From an uncultured Spirochaetota bacterium (GTDB lineage: Bacteria; Spirochaetota; Spirochaetia; SZUA-6; Fen-1364): DNA of 64,000 nucleotides. A model generated the notes under the pieces. The model did no database searches and had not been told where the DNA came from. It was given only the letters and a program-made list of their open reading frames with translations. This document shows, piece by piece, positions 51,275 through 62,838 of the stretch. Position 1 is the first letter of the stretch, and each line of letters begins with the position of its first letter. The DNA is taken from NCBI GenBank assembly GCA_963845535.1, contig CAWJSK010000018.1:1-64000 (forward strand), read 5' to 3'. Position numbers and translations under genes: made by a program.

Positions 51275-51931
51275 TTACTGCGACGCTTCCTGAAGCCTTT
51301 GATAGGCGTCTGTGCCATTAAGACTTGCGTTCTTCTGAGCGTAATCGAAAGCTGTCTTTCCTTCGTTGTCTTTCTCTTTCGCGTCTGCGCCAGCTTTCAA
51401 CAGAGTCATGATCACCTCGGGATTCTGGTTGTACCGGGCGGCAAACATCAGCGCAGTTAGGCCATATCTATCTCGTGCATTGAGATCTGCTCCCGCTTGA
51501 ACAAGAGCGAAAATCACACCTGGATTCTGGTTGCCCCAGGCCGCCAACGTAAGCGGGGTCAGGCCATATCTGTCTCGAGCTTCGAAATCGGCTCCCGCCT
51601 GCACAAGAGCGAAAATCACTCCGGGATTCTGATTCCCCGAAGCCGCCAACATCAGCGCTGTCCAGCCGTAGTTGTCCCGTGCGTTGACATTGGCCCCTGC
51701 CTTTAGGAGCGTGCTGATGACCTCAGGATTTCGGTTGGAGGTGGCCGCATGCATCAGTGGTGTCCGGCCGTAGTTGTTCCGAGCGTTGATGTCCGCGCCT
51801 TGGTTGATGGCGGTTTGTACAGCTTGTGGTGTTCCAGTCTTTGCCAGCTCGAAGAAGTTTGTCGCCTGCGCATACATCGAAGCCGTCAAGAGGACCTCAA
51901 GAACTACGGCGACGACCATTCGCCCTCTCAC
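51275..51931 (-). CDS. Secreted ankyrin-repeat protein
   Basis: Signal peptide, QATNFFEL..GTPQ cap, ankyrin repeats, GTDAYQRLQEASQ. Confidence 0.92.
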   Translation of the reverse strand: MRGRMVVAVVLEVLLTASMYAQATNFFELAKTGTPQAVQTAINQGADINARNNYGRTPLMHAATSNRNPEVISTLLKAGANVNARDNYGWTALMLAASGNQNPGVIFALVQAGADFEARDRYGLTPLTLAAWGNQNPGVIFALVQAGADLNARDRYGLTALMFAARYNQNPEVIMTLLKAGADAKEKDNEGKTAFDYAQKNASLNGTDAYQRLQEASQ

Positions 51932-51949
51932 ATTGTTCTCTCCAAGGCA

Positions 51950-52189
51950 TTATACCAGGGGCGCAAACGCCATGCACGGGGAAAACTTCTGCCGCGCTAT
52001 CAGCTCCCTCGCCTTCGCCTCGACTTCGCTGCGGTGTCGCAGGAATGCGTGCAGTGGACCTTCTTTCTCGGAATTGAAGTGATCGTCCAGGGCCTCCGCT
52101 GAGATCTTGCACGGGATTCGGCGACACCTCCGAACCTTTTGCATGACGGGCGACCGCGCGAAGAGCCTGTCATGTAATACCACGCCCAC
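51950..52189 (-). pseudogene. DUF1488-like small protein or remnant
   Basis: IPCKISAEALDDHF..AFLRHRSEVEAKA. Confidence 0.5.
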
Positions 52190-52204
52190 TCAGACCCTTG
52201 TCGA

Positions 52205-52759
52205 TTACTTTGACGCCTCCTGAAGCCGTCGATAAGCGTCGCTACCTTTCAGCTTTTCATTAACTTGCGCGTAATCAAAGGCTGTCATTCCCGTTTTGTC
52301 TCTTGCCTTTGCATCCGCGCCGGCCTTCAGGAGCGTGGTGATCACCTCGGGATTCAGATTGGAGATGGCGGCCCACATCAGCGGGGTCATGCCGTTCATG
52401 TCCCGGGCCTTCACGTCCGCTCCAGCTTTCAGAAGCACGGTGATGACGTCGGGATTCGGATTGGAGATGGCGGCCCACATCAACGGGGTCGTGCCGGCCT
52501 TGGCCCGAGAATTGATGGCCGCGCCAGCATCCAGGAGCGTGGTGATCACATCGGGGTGCTGGTTGTACTCAGCGGCGTACATCAGTGGGGTGACGCCGTT
52601 CATGTCTCGAGCCTTCGCGTCCGCGCCTTGGTTGATAGCGGCCAGTATACTCTGAGGAGTGCCGGTCTTTACCAGCTCGAAGAAGTCTGTCGTCTGTGCA
52701 TGCGTCCAAGCCGTCAAGAGGACCGCAAGGACTACGGCGACGACTATTCGCTTTCTCAT
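52205..52759 (-). CDS. Secreted ankyrin-repeat protein
   Basis: Signal peptide, QTTDFFELVKTGTPQ cap, ankyrin repeats, GSDAYRRLQEASK. Confidence 0.92.
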   Translation of the reverse strand: MRKRIVVAVVLAVLLTAWTHAQTTDFFELVKTGTPQSILAAINQGADAKARDMNGVTPLMYAAEYNQHPDVITTLLDAGAAINSRAKAGTTPLMWAAISNPNPDVITVLLKAGADVKARDMNGMTPLMWAAISNLNPEVITTLLKAGADAKARDKTGMTAFDYAQVNEKLKGSDAYRRLQEASK

Positions 52760-53081
52760 ATTGTTCTTCCCAAAGGCATTATATCAGGGACCCAAAGTGA
52801 CCCGAACATCATGTGCGGGGGAAACAGGCCAAACCCACGGGCGTCGTGGGCCTAGGATCGATCCGCGCGGAGCCTGCCGTACACTTTCACCTGGTCAAAA
52901 CGGAAGGCCCATCGGCGCGCCTGGTGGCGCAAGCCTCAGGGCGAATGGACATTATCTATCTATTTCTTCTTAATACTCTGTGGGTTTGTCGTGCATAGCG
53001 AACAGCGCGAAGGCGACGATTACGGCCGTAGGCTGCACGATACGCCGTGTGTAGGAGGTAGCAGTGGCAAAGACACCAGCC

Positions 53082-53257
53082 GTGAAGAAGGTGCCAGAAA
53101 AGCTCACCTGGCTTCCCTGGTTGAATACGTCGCGGAGAAAAACGGGCTTGCACGGAAGGAAGCCAAGCAGGTCATGGAGGACATCTTCGAGCTTGTGGCC
53201 ACTGGGGTCATGAGGGGAGAACGCGTGGCCATCGGCAGAACGAGCTCTATTTTCTAG
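53082..53257 (+). pseudogene. HU/IHF-family fragment
   Basis: LVEYVAEKNGLARKEAKQVMEDIF..GERVAIG, truncated before the arm. Confidence 0.6.
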
Positions 53258-53265
53258 AAGAACCA

Positions 53266-54213
53266 ATGCCGCTCAACGTCGGAGCCCTCGCCGCTCTGGG
53301 AACCGCTTTAGCTTGGACTGTCACCGCAATCGCCTTCGAGTACGCGGGCAAAAGAATCGGGGCCTTGGTCCTCAATCTCCTGCGCCTGGCCTTGGGATGC
53401 CTCTTTCTCGGAATCTATGGCCTCCTCGTCCGCGGACGCTTTTTCCCCATCGACGCGCCCATCGCCTCCTGGGCATGGCTCGGAGCCTCCGGTCTCGTCG
53501 GCTTCGTGATCGGCGACCTCCTCCTCTTTCAAGCTTTTATCGACATGGGAGCGAGACTCTCCATGCTCGTGTACGCCACCGCTCCGATATTCACTGCCCT
53601 TCTGGGCCTGGCCGCCTTCGGCGAAAGGCTGAGCCTCCTGGGTCTGGGCGGCATGGCTCTCACGCTTTTGGGGATCACGATTGTTGTGCTATCCAAAAAG
53701 GCGGATGAGGAGGGGGTCCGAAGGGCTGCGGGCTTTCGGTCTTCGCTCCGCCTGCGAGGCGCCCTCCTGGCGGTGGGCGGGGCTATAGGACAGGCGGGTG
53801 GCCTCATCCTCGCCAAGTTGGGCGCCACTACCAACCCATCCGGCGGAGGCGCGGGCATCGCCTCGATGAATCCCTTCGCGGGCACCCAGATCCGGGTAAT
53901 CGCGGGCCTCCTGGGCTTCGCCCTGGTCATTACGGCGTCGGGCTCCTGGCGAGGCGTAGTCAAGGGGCTCAAAGACATGAAAGCGGTGGCCAGTCTCGGT
54001 ACCGGAGCTTTCTTCGGGCCCTTCCTGGGCGTGTCGCTGAGTCTCCTGGCCGTCCAGTCGGGCAACACAGGCGTCGCCTCGGCCATCATGTCGATCGTGC
54101 CTGTGCTCATCATCGCCCCCTCGGCTATCTTCTTCAAGGAAAGAGTCACTCTGCGCGAAATTCTCGGTTCCGCTGTCGCGGTCGCGGGAGTCTTCCTTCT
54201 CTTCCTGGCCTGA
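53266..54213 (+). CDS. DMT/EamA-family transporter
   Basis: About ten TM; GDLLLFQAF, GERLS, KERVT. Confidence 0.9.
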   Translation: MPLNVGALAALGTALAWTVTAIAFEYAGKRIGALVLNLLRLALGCLFLGIYGLLVRGRFFPIDAPIASWAWLGASGLVGFVIGDLLLFQAFIDMGARLSMLVYATAPIFTALLGLAAFGERLSLLGLGGMALTLLGITIVVLSKKADEEGVRRAAGFRSSLRLRGALLAVGGAIGQAGGLILAKLGATTNPSGGGAGIASMNPFAGTQIRVIAGLLGFALVITASGSWRGVVKGLKDMKAVASLGTGAFFGPFLGVSLSLLAVQSGNTGVASAIMSIVPVLIIAPSAIFFKERVTLREILGSAVAVAGVFLLFLA

Positions 54214-54306
54214 TGGGCGGCCGACAGATGCGAAGGCTCTGTCGGTTGACGCATTCTCGTTGAGATAGCGGCCTCGGGCCAAAGTTTTTCTCTCCTCCGG
54301 CGCCTT

Positions 54307-57300
54307 TCAATATCCAGGTCTATCCAGTATTGCCCTTACCCTTTGAAGCAGTGTTGTCCCATCGAATGGCTTCTGAAGTAATTCCACCCCCTCTTCCAGC
54401 ACCCCGTTGTGTACGATCGCGTCCTCGGTGTATCCCGAGATAAAAAGCACTTCTGCGTCAGGGAATCGCTCCTTGACCCGCAGCCCCAGCTCTTTGCCAT
54501 CCATACCTGGCATGACCACGTCGGTAATGAGAAGGTCCAGGGCACCGCTCATCGATGAAAGCTTCTGGAGAGCCTCCTCGCCGGTAGCTGCTGAAGAAAT
54601 AGAGTAGCCCGCCGACTCCAGGATCGACTCCGTGAGGTTGCGGACCGCCTCATCGTCTTCGACAAGCAGGATCGCCTCGGTTCCCCGAAGGGGCCGTACA
54701 CGAGGCTCCTCAGATCGAGGCAGCTTCTGCGGCTGGCCTTCTGCACGCGGAAGGTAAATCTTGAACGTCGTGCCTTTGCCAACTTCGCTATAGCAGAAGA
54801 TGTAGCCTTCACTTTGCTTGACGATACCGTACACTGTGGAAAGGCCCAGTCCCGTTCCCTTGCCCTTTTCCTTGGTAGTGAAGAAAGGCTCGAATATCTG
54901 CCTCTGGGTATCTGCATCCATTCCGTGCCCTGTGTCGCTGACTGCCAGAAGCACATACTCGCCTTTCTTCACCTCAACATGCTCGTGTGTGTAGTCTTCA
55001 GCCAAGACCACGTTTGAAATCTCAATCGAGAGCACCCCTCCATCTGGCATGGCGTCTCGAGCGTTCACCGAAAGATTCATCACAACCTGTTCAATCTGTC
55101 CCGCGTCCGCTTGCACACTCCAGAGGTCAGCGGGTCGATGGACGTGAACGTAGACATCCTCACCCAAGAGACGCTTGAGCATTTCCTCCATCTCTTGGAC
55201 GAGCTCGCCAAGGTCAAGGATACGTGGCTGCAGCATCTGTTTGCGGCTGAAGGCCAAAAGTTGCGAAGTCAGCGTCCCGGCACGCCGCGTGGCGTGTTTG
55301 ATCTCGCGCAGATCGTGCTCGAGGTCCTGGTCAATCGCGTTTCGCGCCAGCGCCATCTCGCTAAACCCGTTGATCACAGTGAGAATGTTGTTGAAGTCAT
55401 GGGCAATTCCCCCCGCAAGCCTCCCAATGGCTTCCATTTTCTGCGACTGCTGAAGCTGGTCCTGAAGCTTCTTCTGTTCCTGCTCTGCACGCACACGCTC
55501 GCTGATATCCTCGACAAAACCCTCCAACCGCTCTCCGCGTGTTCCTTCGACTTTACCAAGCAAGCGCAAGCTTAAGTTCGCATCACCGGTCTGGCCGTTC
55601 TTTTTGCGAAAATGGTTGGAGAATACTCGCCACTGCCCCTCAGCGCGAGTGACTTGCTCCATTACCGCTTCTCGATCGCGCTGCTCTTCGTAGAGCACCT
55701 CGGCGATGTTTTTCTGGTTCACCGCCTGCATAAGCTCTTCGGGAGATCCGTAGCCCATGATCTTGGCCAAGGCAGGATTCGCCCTCAGCAGTTTCCCATC
55801 GAGCGTTGACTCAAAGGTTCCAAACGGAGCGTTTGTGAATAGAGAACGAAAGTGCTCTTCACTTCGCGCCAGAGCATCCTCGGTGCTTTTGCGTTCTGAA
55901 ATATCGCGCGAAATACCGAAGGTTCCGATGATGGTTCCCGTGGAGTCCCGAAGGGGCATCTTGGTCGTTGATACCCAAGAATCAGCATGCCCGGACCAGG
56001 TTTCTCTCTCCACCGCGTCGATGATCGGTTTTCCCGTTTGAATGATATTCTGCTCATCGTTGTAGGCTTTCTGCGCGTGCTCGCCAGTGAAAAAGTCAAA
56101 ATCCGTCTTCCCGACCAGTTCTCGCGGATCACTGCACTGGAATAGCTTCGCGTGAGCCTTGTTGTTCAGTATGAAACGGCTTTGAAGATCCTTGAAGTAT
56201 ATGTAATCAGGGATGTTATCCATCAGAGTGGAAAGGAAGGTGTGCTCGCTTTCCAGCGCTTCCTGGGCTTTTCTCAGCTCGCTGATATCGCGGCTTATGC
56301 CCACAAGACGCGTGACATGCCCTGCGGTGTCTGTGAGCGGGACTTTCGTCGTAAGAATGCTCTGGCGCGCTTCTCCAGTACCGCGGGGCTCCTCTCTGTT
56401 CACGATTCTGCAGCCTTCTCTGATGACCGCCTGCTCATCTGCGCGATATGTGTCCGCTAACTCCTTGGGGTAGAAGTCATGGTCGGTTTTCCCGATCAAA
56501 TCTTTCCAGGACAGAGCACCCATCATTTGGGCTACCGTATGGTTTGCCATAATGAACCTGCCCTCGCTGTCTTTCATATAGACACCGTCTGGCAGATTCT
56601 CGATCAGGGTCAGAAGCAGCCTTCTCTCATCTTCGACACGCTGCCTGAGGAGCGCATTTTCAGTGATGTCCTGCACAGTGCCGAAAGTGCCCACAAACTC
56701 CCCCTGCTCGTCACACTGAGGTACTGCGGTCACGTGAACGCGCCGAAGCTCTCCGTCGGCACGCGTGATGCTCAGTTCGTAAGTATCTCTTTCTCCCGCT
56801 TGGCGCCGTGCTGTTTGCAAGCGCACGCGGAAATACTCCTCCTCGCTAAGAAACTCCTTCAAATTGCGGCCCACAAGGCTACCCTTCCCCACTCCGAAGA
56901 TCTTCTGGGTCGCTGGGTTTGCAAAGGTGACCAATTCCGACGGGTCAACGCACAGAATCCCCATCTCAAGGTTTTCAACAAGCGAGCGGTATCGTTCCTC
57001 GCTTTGCTCCAGAGCCTTCTGAGCGGCGCGTTCTCTGCTCTGGTCTCGAAAGACAAGGACTACCCCTTTCATTACACCCGCTTTATCACGGATTGGAGCA
57101 CCGCTGTCGGCAATGGGCCGCTCAGTTCCATCACGAGCAATGAGTAGTGTGTGATTAGCCAGGCCTACGACTGCTCCTTCGCGCAGAACCCGCTGAACAG
57201 GGCTTTCCACGGGTCGACCGGTTTCCTCATTGACGATGCAAAACACTTCTTTCAGTGCCTTGCCGGTCGCGTCTGATTCGCTCCATCCAGTGAGCCTTTC

Positions 57301-57546
57301 CGCCGCCGGGTTCATCCGCCTTACTCGTCCACTCGCGTCCGCACCTATTACAGCATCCGCGATGCTGTAAAGTGTAGTGTGTAGCTCCTCCTGTGCAGCT
57401 TGTTGCTCACGGAGCAGGACCTGACGGCGACGCCACTCAAGGCCGAAGGCACCGCCGCCAACGAGGAGCAGCAGCGCAATCGCTATGATGCTGGCAACAC
57501 CCGTCGGGATGAACGCTTCAACAACTAATCTGAAAAACTCACCCAC
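54307..57546 (-). CDS. Multi-PAS hybrid sensor histidine kinase
   Basis: Five PAS/PAC units, GGIAHDFNN H-box, NARDAM, GTGLGL, C-terminal receiver. Confidence 0.95.
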   Translation of the reverse strand: MGEFFRLVVEAFIPTGVASIIAIALLLLVGGGAFGLEWRRRQVLLREQQAAQEELHTTLYSIADAVIGADASGRVRRMNPAAERLTGWSESDATGKALKEVFCIVNEETGRPVESPVQRVLREGAVVGLANHTLLIARDGTERPIADSGAPIRDKAGVMKGVVLVFRDQSRERAAQKALEQSEERYRSLVENLEMGILCVDPSELVTFANPATQKIFGVGKGSLVGRNLKEFLSEEEYFRVRLQTARRQAGERDTYELSITRADGELRRVHVTAVPQCDEQGEFVGTFGTVQDITENALLRQRVEDERRLLLTLIENLPDGVYMKDSEGRFIMANHTVAQMMGALSWKDLIGKTDHDFYPKELADTYRADEQAVIREGCRIVNREEPRGTGEARQSILTTKVPLTDTAGHVTRLVGISRDISELRKAQEALESEHTFLSTLMDNIPDYIYFKDLQSRFILNNKAHAKLFQCSDPRELVGKTDFDFFTGEHAQKAYNDEQNIIQTGKPIIDAVERETWSGHADSWVSTTKMPLRDSTGTIIGTFGISRDISERKSTEDALARSEEHFRSLFTNAPFGTFESTLDGKLLRANPALAKIMGYGSPEELMQAVNQKNIAEVLYEEQRDREAVMEQVTRAEGQWRVFSNHFRKKNGQTGDANLSLRLLGKVEGTRGERLEGFVEDISERVRAEQEQKKLQDQLQQSQKMEAIGRLAGGIAHDFNNILTVINGFSEMALARNAIDQDLEHDLREIKHATRRAGTLTSQLLAFSRKQMLQPRILDLGELVQEMEEMLKRLLGEDVYVHVHRPADLWSVQADAGQIEQVVMNLSVNARDAMPDGGVLSIEISNVVLAEDYTHEHVEVKKGEYVLLAVSDTGHGMDADTQRQIFEPFFTTKEKGKGTGLGLSTVYGIVKQSEGYIFCYSEVGKGTTFKIYLPRAEGQPQKLPRSEEPRVRPLRGTEAILLVEDDEAVRNLTESILESAGYSISSAATGEEALQKLSSMSGALDLLITDVVMPGMDGKELGLRVKERFPDAEVLFISGYTEDAIVHNGVLEEGVELLQKPFDGTTLLQRVRAILDRPGY

Positions 57547-57629
57547 GGTCGTTCACCTCCTTCTCCCCATCGTCACCGTCCCCACACCAACCCATGATAG
57601 GTCGTCGTGGTGGCATCTCCGGTGAGCTT

Positions 57630-57797
57630 GAGCACAAGCCAGGCCTGCGCGGTGGTCTGCATCCCTGTGCTGGTGAGCGAGATGACCTGGCCGGTCCAGA
57701 AGAGGCGGAAATTGCGGACGCGGAGAGACTGAAAGCTGCGCGTTGCGACGCTCGAAAGGGCACCAATCTGCTTTCGCCAGGTCTCAGCAAGTTTCAC
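57630..57797 (-). pseudogene. N-terminal fragment of an MFS transporter
   Basis: SLRVRNFRLFWTGQVIS..GMQTTAQAWLVLKLTG then breaks. Confidence 0.7.
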
Positions 57798-58032
57798 TCT
57801 ACATCAGAGACAAGCCATGGCAAACAGTCATGCCACGCAATATGTGTCTCTCAATGTCGCATCGACGTTCCGTATGTTCATGTTCAGGAGCTTCCGGTCT
57901 TGCGGTTGCGCCAATGCGCGCGACTATCGTAAGGAAATGGGGCGTCTTTGTCTCGGGTAGAAAGGGGAACGGCCTGAAGCCTTTGATAGGTGTCGCCGAT
58001 CTCAATACGCGGCGAGCGAATCCGACGGGCTC

Positions 58033-59540
58033 TCAACCGGCCGAGGGCGTTCTTTCCGGCAGCTTGTGCCCGTCAGGGCCGACCCGCTGCTGTTGTTCGT
58101 CGCCGTCTGCCTCAACAAGCGCATGCTGCCCCTCCATCATGGCCACCCGCTTGCGCTCAAAGAGGTAGAAGGCTGCAGGCACCACGAAGAACGTGAGGAC
58201 AGCCGAAAGGAGGATTCCTCCCAGCATGACGATTCCCATCACGTGGCCGAACTCGGAGCCCTCGCCTCTTCCCAGGATCAGCGGGAAGCTGATGACGAGG
58301 ACCGTTATCGTGGTCATGACGATCGGGCGGAAGCGCAGCTGCGCGGACTCGGTCAGCGCCTGGACGAACGGCATCTTGCCGATGCGCTGCACGACGAAAT
58401 CGAGATACAGGATGGCATTTTTCGCCGAGAGACCGATCAGCATCAGCATGCCCATGACTCCGAAGATGTCCAGGCCGCCTCCCACGAAATAGACGAGAAT
58501 GAGGGCGCCGGTCAGGGCGAGGGGCACCGGCAGAAGCAGATAGATCGGATAGCGCCATGAGTTGAACTGTGCCGCCATGACCAGATAGGCAAGGAAGAAC
58601 GCCAGAAGGAAAGTCAGGGGGCCCGTCGTGAGAAGCTGTCGAGCAAGGGCCACTTGGTTGAAGTGGCCCGGCGCCGTCATGGTCATTCCTTCGTCAAGCA
58701 GCCCTGCCTTTGTGAGATCCGCCGTTATGCTATCCACGACAACGAGGGGGGGAGGGGCGTTTGGCGTCATGGTGATGGTCAGGTTCCCCGCGTACTCGCG
58801 ATTGTACCGGTTCACAGTGACGGGCGCCTGGTTCAGCATAAACGTCCCAAGCTGGCCCACCTGGAGGGTCGTCTGCAGCGCAGGGGAATAGATGGGGAGG
58901 TTCATCAGAGACTGCACCCCCGAAAGGGTTGTCGGGTCGGCCTGCACCTGGATGGGGTAGCTCAGACCCCCTGTCACCACGGTGGACGCCTGAACACCTG
59001 ACGTGTAGGTCTGCAGGTCGTCTCCTACCATCGCCGGTGTGATGCCCGTCCCATACATGCGCGAGGGGTCCGGCACGAAATCGCTCTCCATCGAAGTGTC
59101 CGACAGGCTGGAATAAGCGTCAGAGACCCAGGGGTCTTGACGGAGCACCTGCAGGATCCGGTTGTTGCGGCAATTGAGAATGTTGAAATCCGGGGAGAGC
59201 ACGTTCAGGGAGAGGGTCGAACCGGCCGATCCGAATCCACCTCCCGCGCTGACAAAAATTTGAGAGGATGGCTGGTCGCGGAGGAGAGTCAGGATGGTCC
59301 CTCGGTACCTGGGGATCATTTTGAAGATATTCGTGCGCTTGGCGATGGGAACGAGCTGGACGGTGATGGAGGCCGTGTTGTTCCCCGAAAAGATGCCGGA
59401 AATCCCATTGCCGCTGCTGCCAATGACCGATTGTACGGTCTCTACCTCTGGCTGTCGAAAGAGAAACGACTCGATCCTTCCCACATTATCGTTCGTCACC
59501 TCCAGGGGCGTGCCCGGGGGGTTACGGACGTAGATTTGCA
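58033..59540 (-). pseudogene. C-terminal half of an AcrB/RND permease
   Basis: YLVMAAQFNSW, LIGLSAKNAIL, RFRPIVMTT; N-terminal half absent. Confidence 0.85.
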
Positions 59541-59784
59541 TGACTCGGGAATCGCATGATCCGCAAGAACAAACCTGTCCACAGAAACGGGTCAACTCCA
59601 GTAGGCTGCTCGGCTCTGCTATCGCCCGATCTCAGGATCGCCACGACCGAAACCGGGCAGTCCGCCCCGTCTTCCGTCTCCACAGTCGATTTGTAGGCTT
59701 TTGGGCAACACTTTCCAACGCTGATCCTTATATTACTATTCTACCCCGCAGGAGCGGTCGGTATGCAAGAAAGGAGTCAAGATC

Positions 59785-60528
59785 ATGAGCAATTCCATCG
59801 AAGGGAAAGTCGTCGTCATCACGGGCGCCAGCAGTGGGCTGGGCGAAGCAACCGCCCGCCTTCTCTCCGCGCAGGGCGCGCATGTTGCTCTGGGCGCAAG
59901 GCGCCTGGATCGCATCCAGACTTTGGCGGATGGGCTGAAGGCCAGGGGCGGCAAGGCCCTTGCCTTGGCAACAGATGTCACGCAGCCCAACCAGGTCAAG
60001 GGGCTGGTCGACGCAGCCGTGCAGGCATTCGGGCGGGTAGATGTCATGATCAACAACGCGGGGCTGATGCCACTCTCCCCCTTTGAACGCCTCAAGATCG
60101 ACGATTGGGACCGGATGATCGACGTGAACATCAAAGGAGTTCTGTACGGCATCGCCGCGGCACTGCCATACATGAAGCAGCAGAAAGCCGGGCATTTCAT
60201 CAATGTCTCTTCCGTGGCTGGTCACAAAGTCCGTCCGGGCAACTCGGTCTATGCAGCCACCAAGCATGCTGTATTGGCCTTGTCCGAAGGGCTGCGGATG
60301 GAAGTGAAACCGTACAACATCCGAACGACGGTGATCTCACCGGGAGCGGTGGCTACTGAGCTGCCGAACAGCGTCACAGAACGGGATGTCGCCGAGATCG
60401 TTCGCAAGAGCTATGAAGCAGCGATTCCTGCGGAGTCCTTCGCGCGGGCAGTCGCCTTTGCCATCAGCCAACCAGAGGATGTGGACGTGAACGAAATCGT
60501 CTTCCGGCCCACGCGGCAGGAGTTCTGA
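59785..60528 (+). CDS. SDR oxidoreductase
   Basis: [17 protein letters not shown]. Confidence 0.95.
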   Translation: MSNSIEGKVVVITGASSGLGEATARLLSAQGAHVALGARRLDRIQTLADGLKARGGKALALATDVTQPNQVKGLVDAAVQAFGRVDVMINNAGLMPLSPFERLKIDDWDRMIDVNIKGVLYGIAAALPYMKQQKAGHFINVSSVAGHKVRPGNSVYAATKHAVLALSEGLRMEVKPYNIRTTVISPGAVATELPNSVTERDVAEIVRKSYEAAIPAESFARAVAFAISQPEDVDVNEIVFRPTRQEF

Positions 60529-60649
60529 AGCATTCTTGCGCTGCACCGCGTCCCTTCGATCGTTGCAATCGGACTGTTGCAATCGGACTTGCATGCTCTC
60601 AGCTATGACTGATAGGCTGGTGGCCTAATTCTCGTGGAAGAGGTGCTTG

Positions 60650-61222
60650 ATGCCCTTCAGCCATTCAGCGCTCTTGGTCATGGACGTTCAGCAGGGCGTC
60701 GTCCAACGTTTCGGTGGCAACTTGGAAAGCCTGGGGCCGTTTCAACGGGCTGTCGGCGCTGCCCGCGCTGCCGGCGTGCCAGTGATCTTCGTTCGGGTTG
60801 CATTTCGAAACGGCTATCCTGAGGTGAGTTCGAGAAACAAACGCTTCTCGACGATCTCAAGTCGTGAGGGAATGACGCGAGACGATGCCTCTACCCAGAT
60901 TCACCCACTGGTAGCCCCACGTCCAGACGAGATCGTTGTCACCAAGCTGCGAGTGAGTGCATTCGCGGGAAGCGACCTTGAAGTTCTGCTGCGAGCAAAA
61001 CAGGTTGAGACCCTGGTGCTGACGGGAATTGCAACCAGCGGTGTGGTGCTGTCGACCTTGCGGGAAGCCGCGGATAAGGACTTCGGGCTGGTCGTGCTGT
61101 CCGATGCCTGCGTGGACGCTGATCCAGAAGTGCATGGAGTGTTGATCGAGAAGATATTCCCTCGGCAGGCGGAAGTGATGACCGTGGACGCATGGGCGGA
61201 GTCGCTGAAGGGGCAAGCCTAA
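60650..61222 (+). CDS. Isochorismatase-family cysteine hydrolase
   Basis: ALLVMDVQ, K.RVSAF.GSDL, GIATSGVVLST. Confidence 0.9.
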   Translation: MPFSHSALLVMDVQQGVVQRFGGNLESLGPFQRAVGAARAAGVPVIFVRVAFRNGYPEVSSRNKRFSTISSREGMTRDDASTQIHPLVAPRPDEIVVTKLRVSAFAGSDLEVLLRAKQVETLVLTGIATSGVVLSTLREAADKDFGLVVLSDACVDADPEVHGVLIEKIFPRQAEVMTVDAWAESLKGQA

Positions 61223-61284
61223 GAAGGTTGCCCATTCGGGTATTCGGTCTCGTGAAACGGTGATCTATCCTGCAGGAGAAGAGT

Positions 61285-62778
61285 CTATGGCTTGCTGGTG
61301 ACGAACTGTTTGCCATCCTTCTTGCATATCAACTGTATTGTGTGATTTCCGGACATCACTGCCGTGGGCATGCCACCACCCGGGTTGACCCACTGCCCTG
61401 CCATGTAGAAGCTATCCAGCCCCGGCAAGGTCTTTTTCATGCCCGATAACAGGTTTTTGCTGTCGAACATCCACCCTTCGTAGGCCCCCCGCCAGTTGCC
61501 GGTGTATCGTTCCCAGGTGATAGGGGTTGCCACATCTCGCATCTCTATCTGCCCGGTGATACCAGGGAAACGCTCCTCCAACCCGGCGATGACATCATCC
61601 GCGATCTTTTCCTTCTCTGCCCGATAGGCCTCAGGGTTCTGCCTCAGATTTTTCCAGTAATCGTAGTCGCTCTCGAAAGCCACCACTGCCACGTTTTTTC
61701 CAACGGGTGAAAGAGCAGGGTCGAAGTTATAAAGGCGCAAGTTCAGTTTGGTTTGTTCTTTACCAGCGACCATGAACGGCTTTTTCAGCGGATATCTGAA
61801 TCCGTTAATCGTCGGAGGGACGTCTTCAAATTTTCGGTTCACGCCCAGCGCTACATACACCAGCGGCGCAAAGATATTGGGATTATTGTACTTGCTTCTT
61901 AGCTTGTCATCGATGTATTTGCCACCCAGCATTTCGAATATCGTGGTACGGCCATCCGCGGCGGAAATCACCCAGTCAGCGCGATGTTCCATGCCGTCTG
62001 CGAGCTTGGTGCCTACTGCTCTGCCGTTTTCAACAAGGATTTTCTCAACTCTGGCATTAAAGTGGATTTTTCCTCCTAGCGCTTTATATCGTTTCTCTAT
62101 TGCGTTCACCAGGGCCAGCGCCCCGCCGATGACATACCCGGCGACTTTCTGGTGCTGCATCCCTAACGTCATCAGCGACATTACCAGCGGGAAGTCTCCG
62201 CCGAAAGCAGAGACGAACATCTCCCGCATAAAAGGATTCTTAAAATGCTGCGCGTATTCCTCCGCGGTAATCCTTCCCCACTTACGCATGAAGACCAAGT
62301 AAGAAGCCATTCTCATCATTTTTAGCTTATCGAAAAAGCTGTAGAGCTCGGCAGGCTTATCCACCGGCATCTCGATGATCAGAGAACGTATCGCGGCGGT
62401 CAGTTCTTTGATTGGACTCTCATCCTCCGGGGCCAGTTCCAGCAGATACTCTTCCATACGATCGGCATCGCAAAAGACTGTAAAAGCCTTGCCCTCTTCA
62501 TTCTCGACAATTGATTGGCGGTCGTTGTTATAGATTTCCCAGCATGGCGCCGCCCCCAACTCTTCCCAGAATCGATAAAAACTCGCACCGGGTCTGGTGC
62601 CCATGAGCCAGTTCATGGCGCCGTCGACTGTGTAGCCCTTGCGTTCCCAGGCGGTAGCCACGCCTCCAGCGATGTTGTGCATTTCAAAAATGGTTGTCTT
62701 GTAGCCGTTCATCCTTCCATAGCAGCCGGCGGCAAGCCCTGTCAGCCCGCCTCCGATGATGATAATCGATTTTTCCAT
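61285..62778 (-). CDS. Phytoene-desaturase-family FAD oxidoreductase
   Basis: IIGGGLTGL, DVATPITWERYT, FYMAGQWVNPGGG. Confidence 0.88.
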   Translation of the reverse strand: MEKSIIIIGGGLTGLAAGCYGRMNGYKTTIFEMHNIAGGVATAWERKGYTVDGAMNWLMGTRPGASFYRFWEELGAAPCWEIYNNDRQSIVENEEGKAFTVFCDADRMEEYLLELAPEDESPIKELTAAIRSLIIEMPVDKPAELYSFFDKLKMMRMASYLVFMRKWGRITAEEYAQHFKNPFMREMFVSAFGGDFPLVMSLMTLGMQHQKVAGYVIGGALALVNAIEKRYKALGGKIHFNARVEKILVENGRAVGTKLADGMEHRADWVISAADGRTTIFEMLGGKYIDDKLRSKYNNPNIFAPLVYVALGVNRKFEDVPPTINGFRYPLKKPFMVAGKEQTKLNLRLYNFDPALSPVGKNVAVVAFESDYDYWKNLRQNPEAYRAEKEKIADDVIAGLEERFPGITGQIEMRDVATPITWERYTGNWRGAYEGWMFDSKNLLSGMKKTLPGLDSFYMAGQWVNPGGGMPTAVMSGNHTIQLICKKDGKQFVTSKP

Positions 62779-62838
62779 GGCTCCTCTCGATCATCTTTAA
62801 CACCATTCCAGGCATTCTAAGCCCCCAAACCAATAGAG

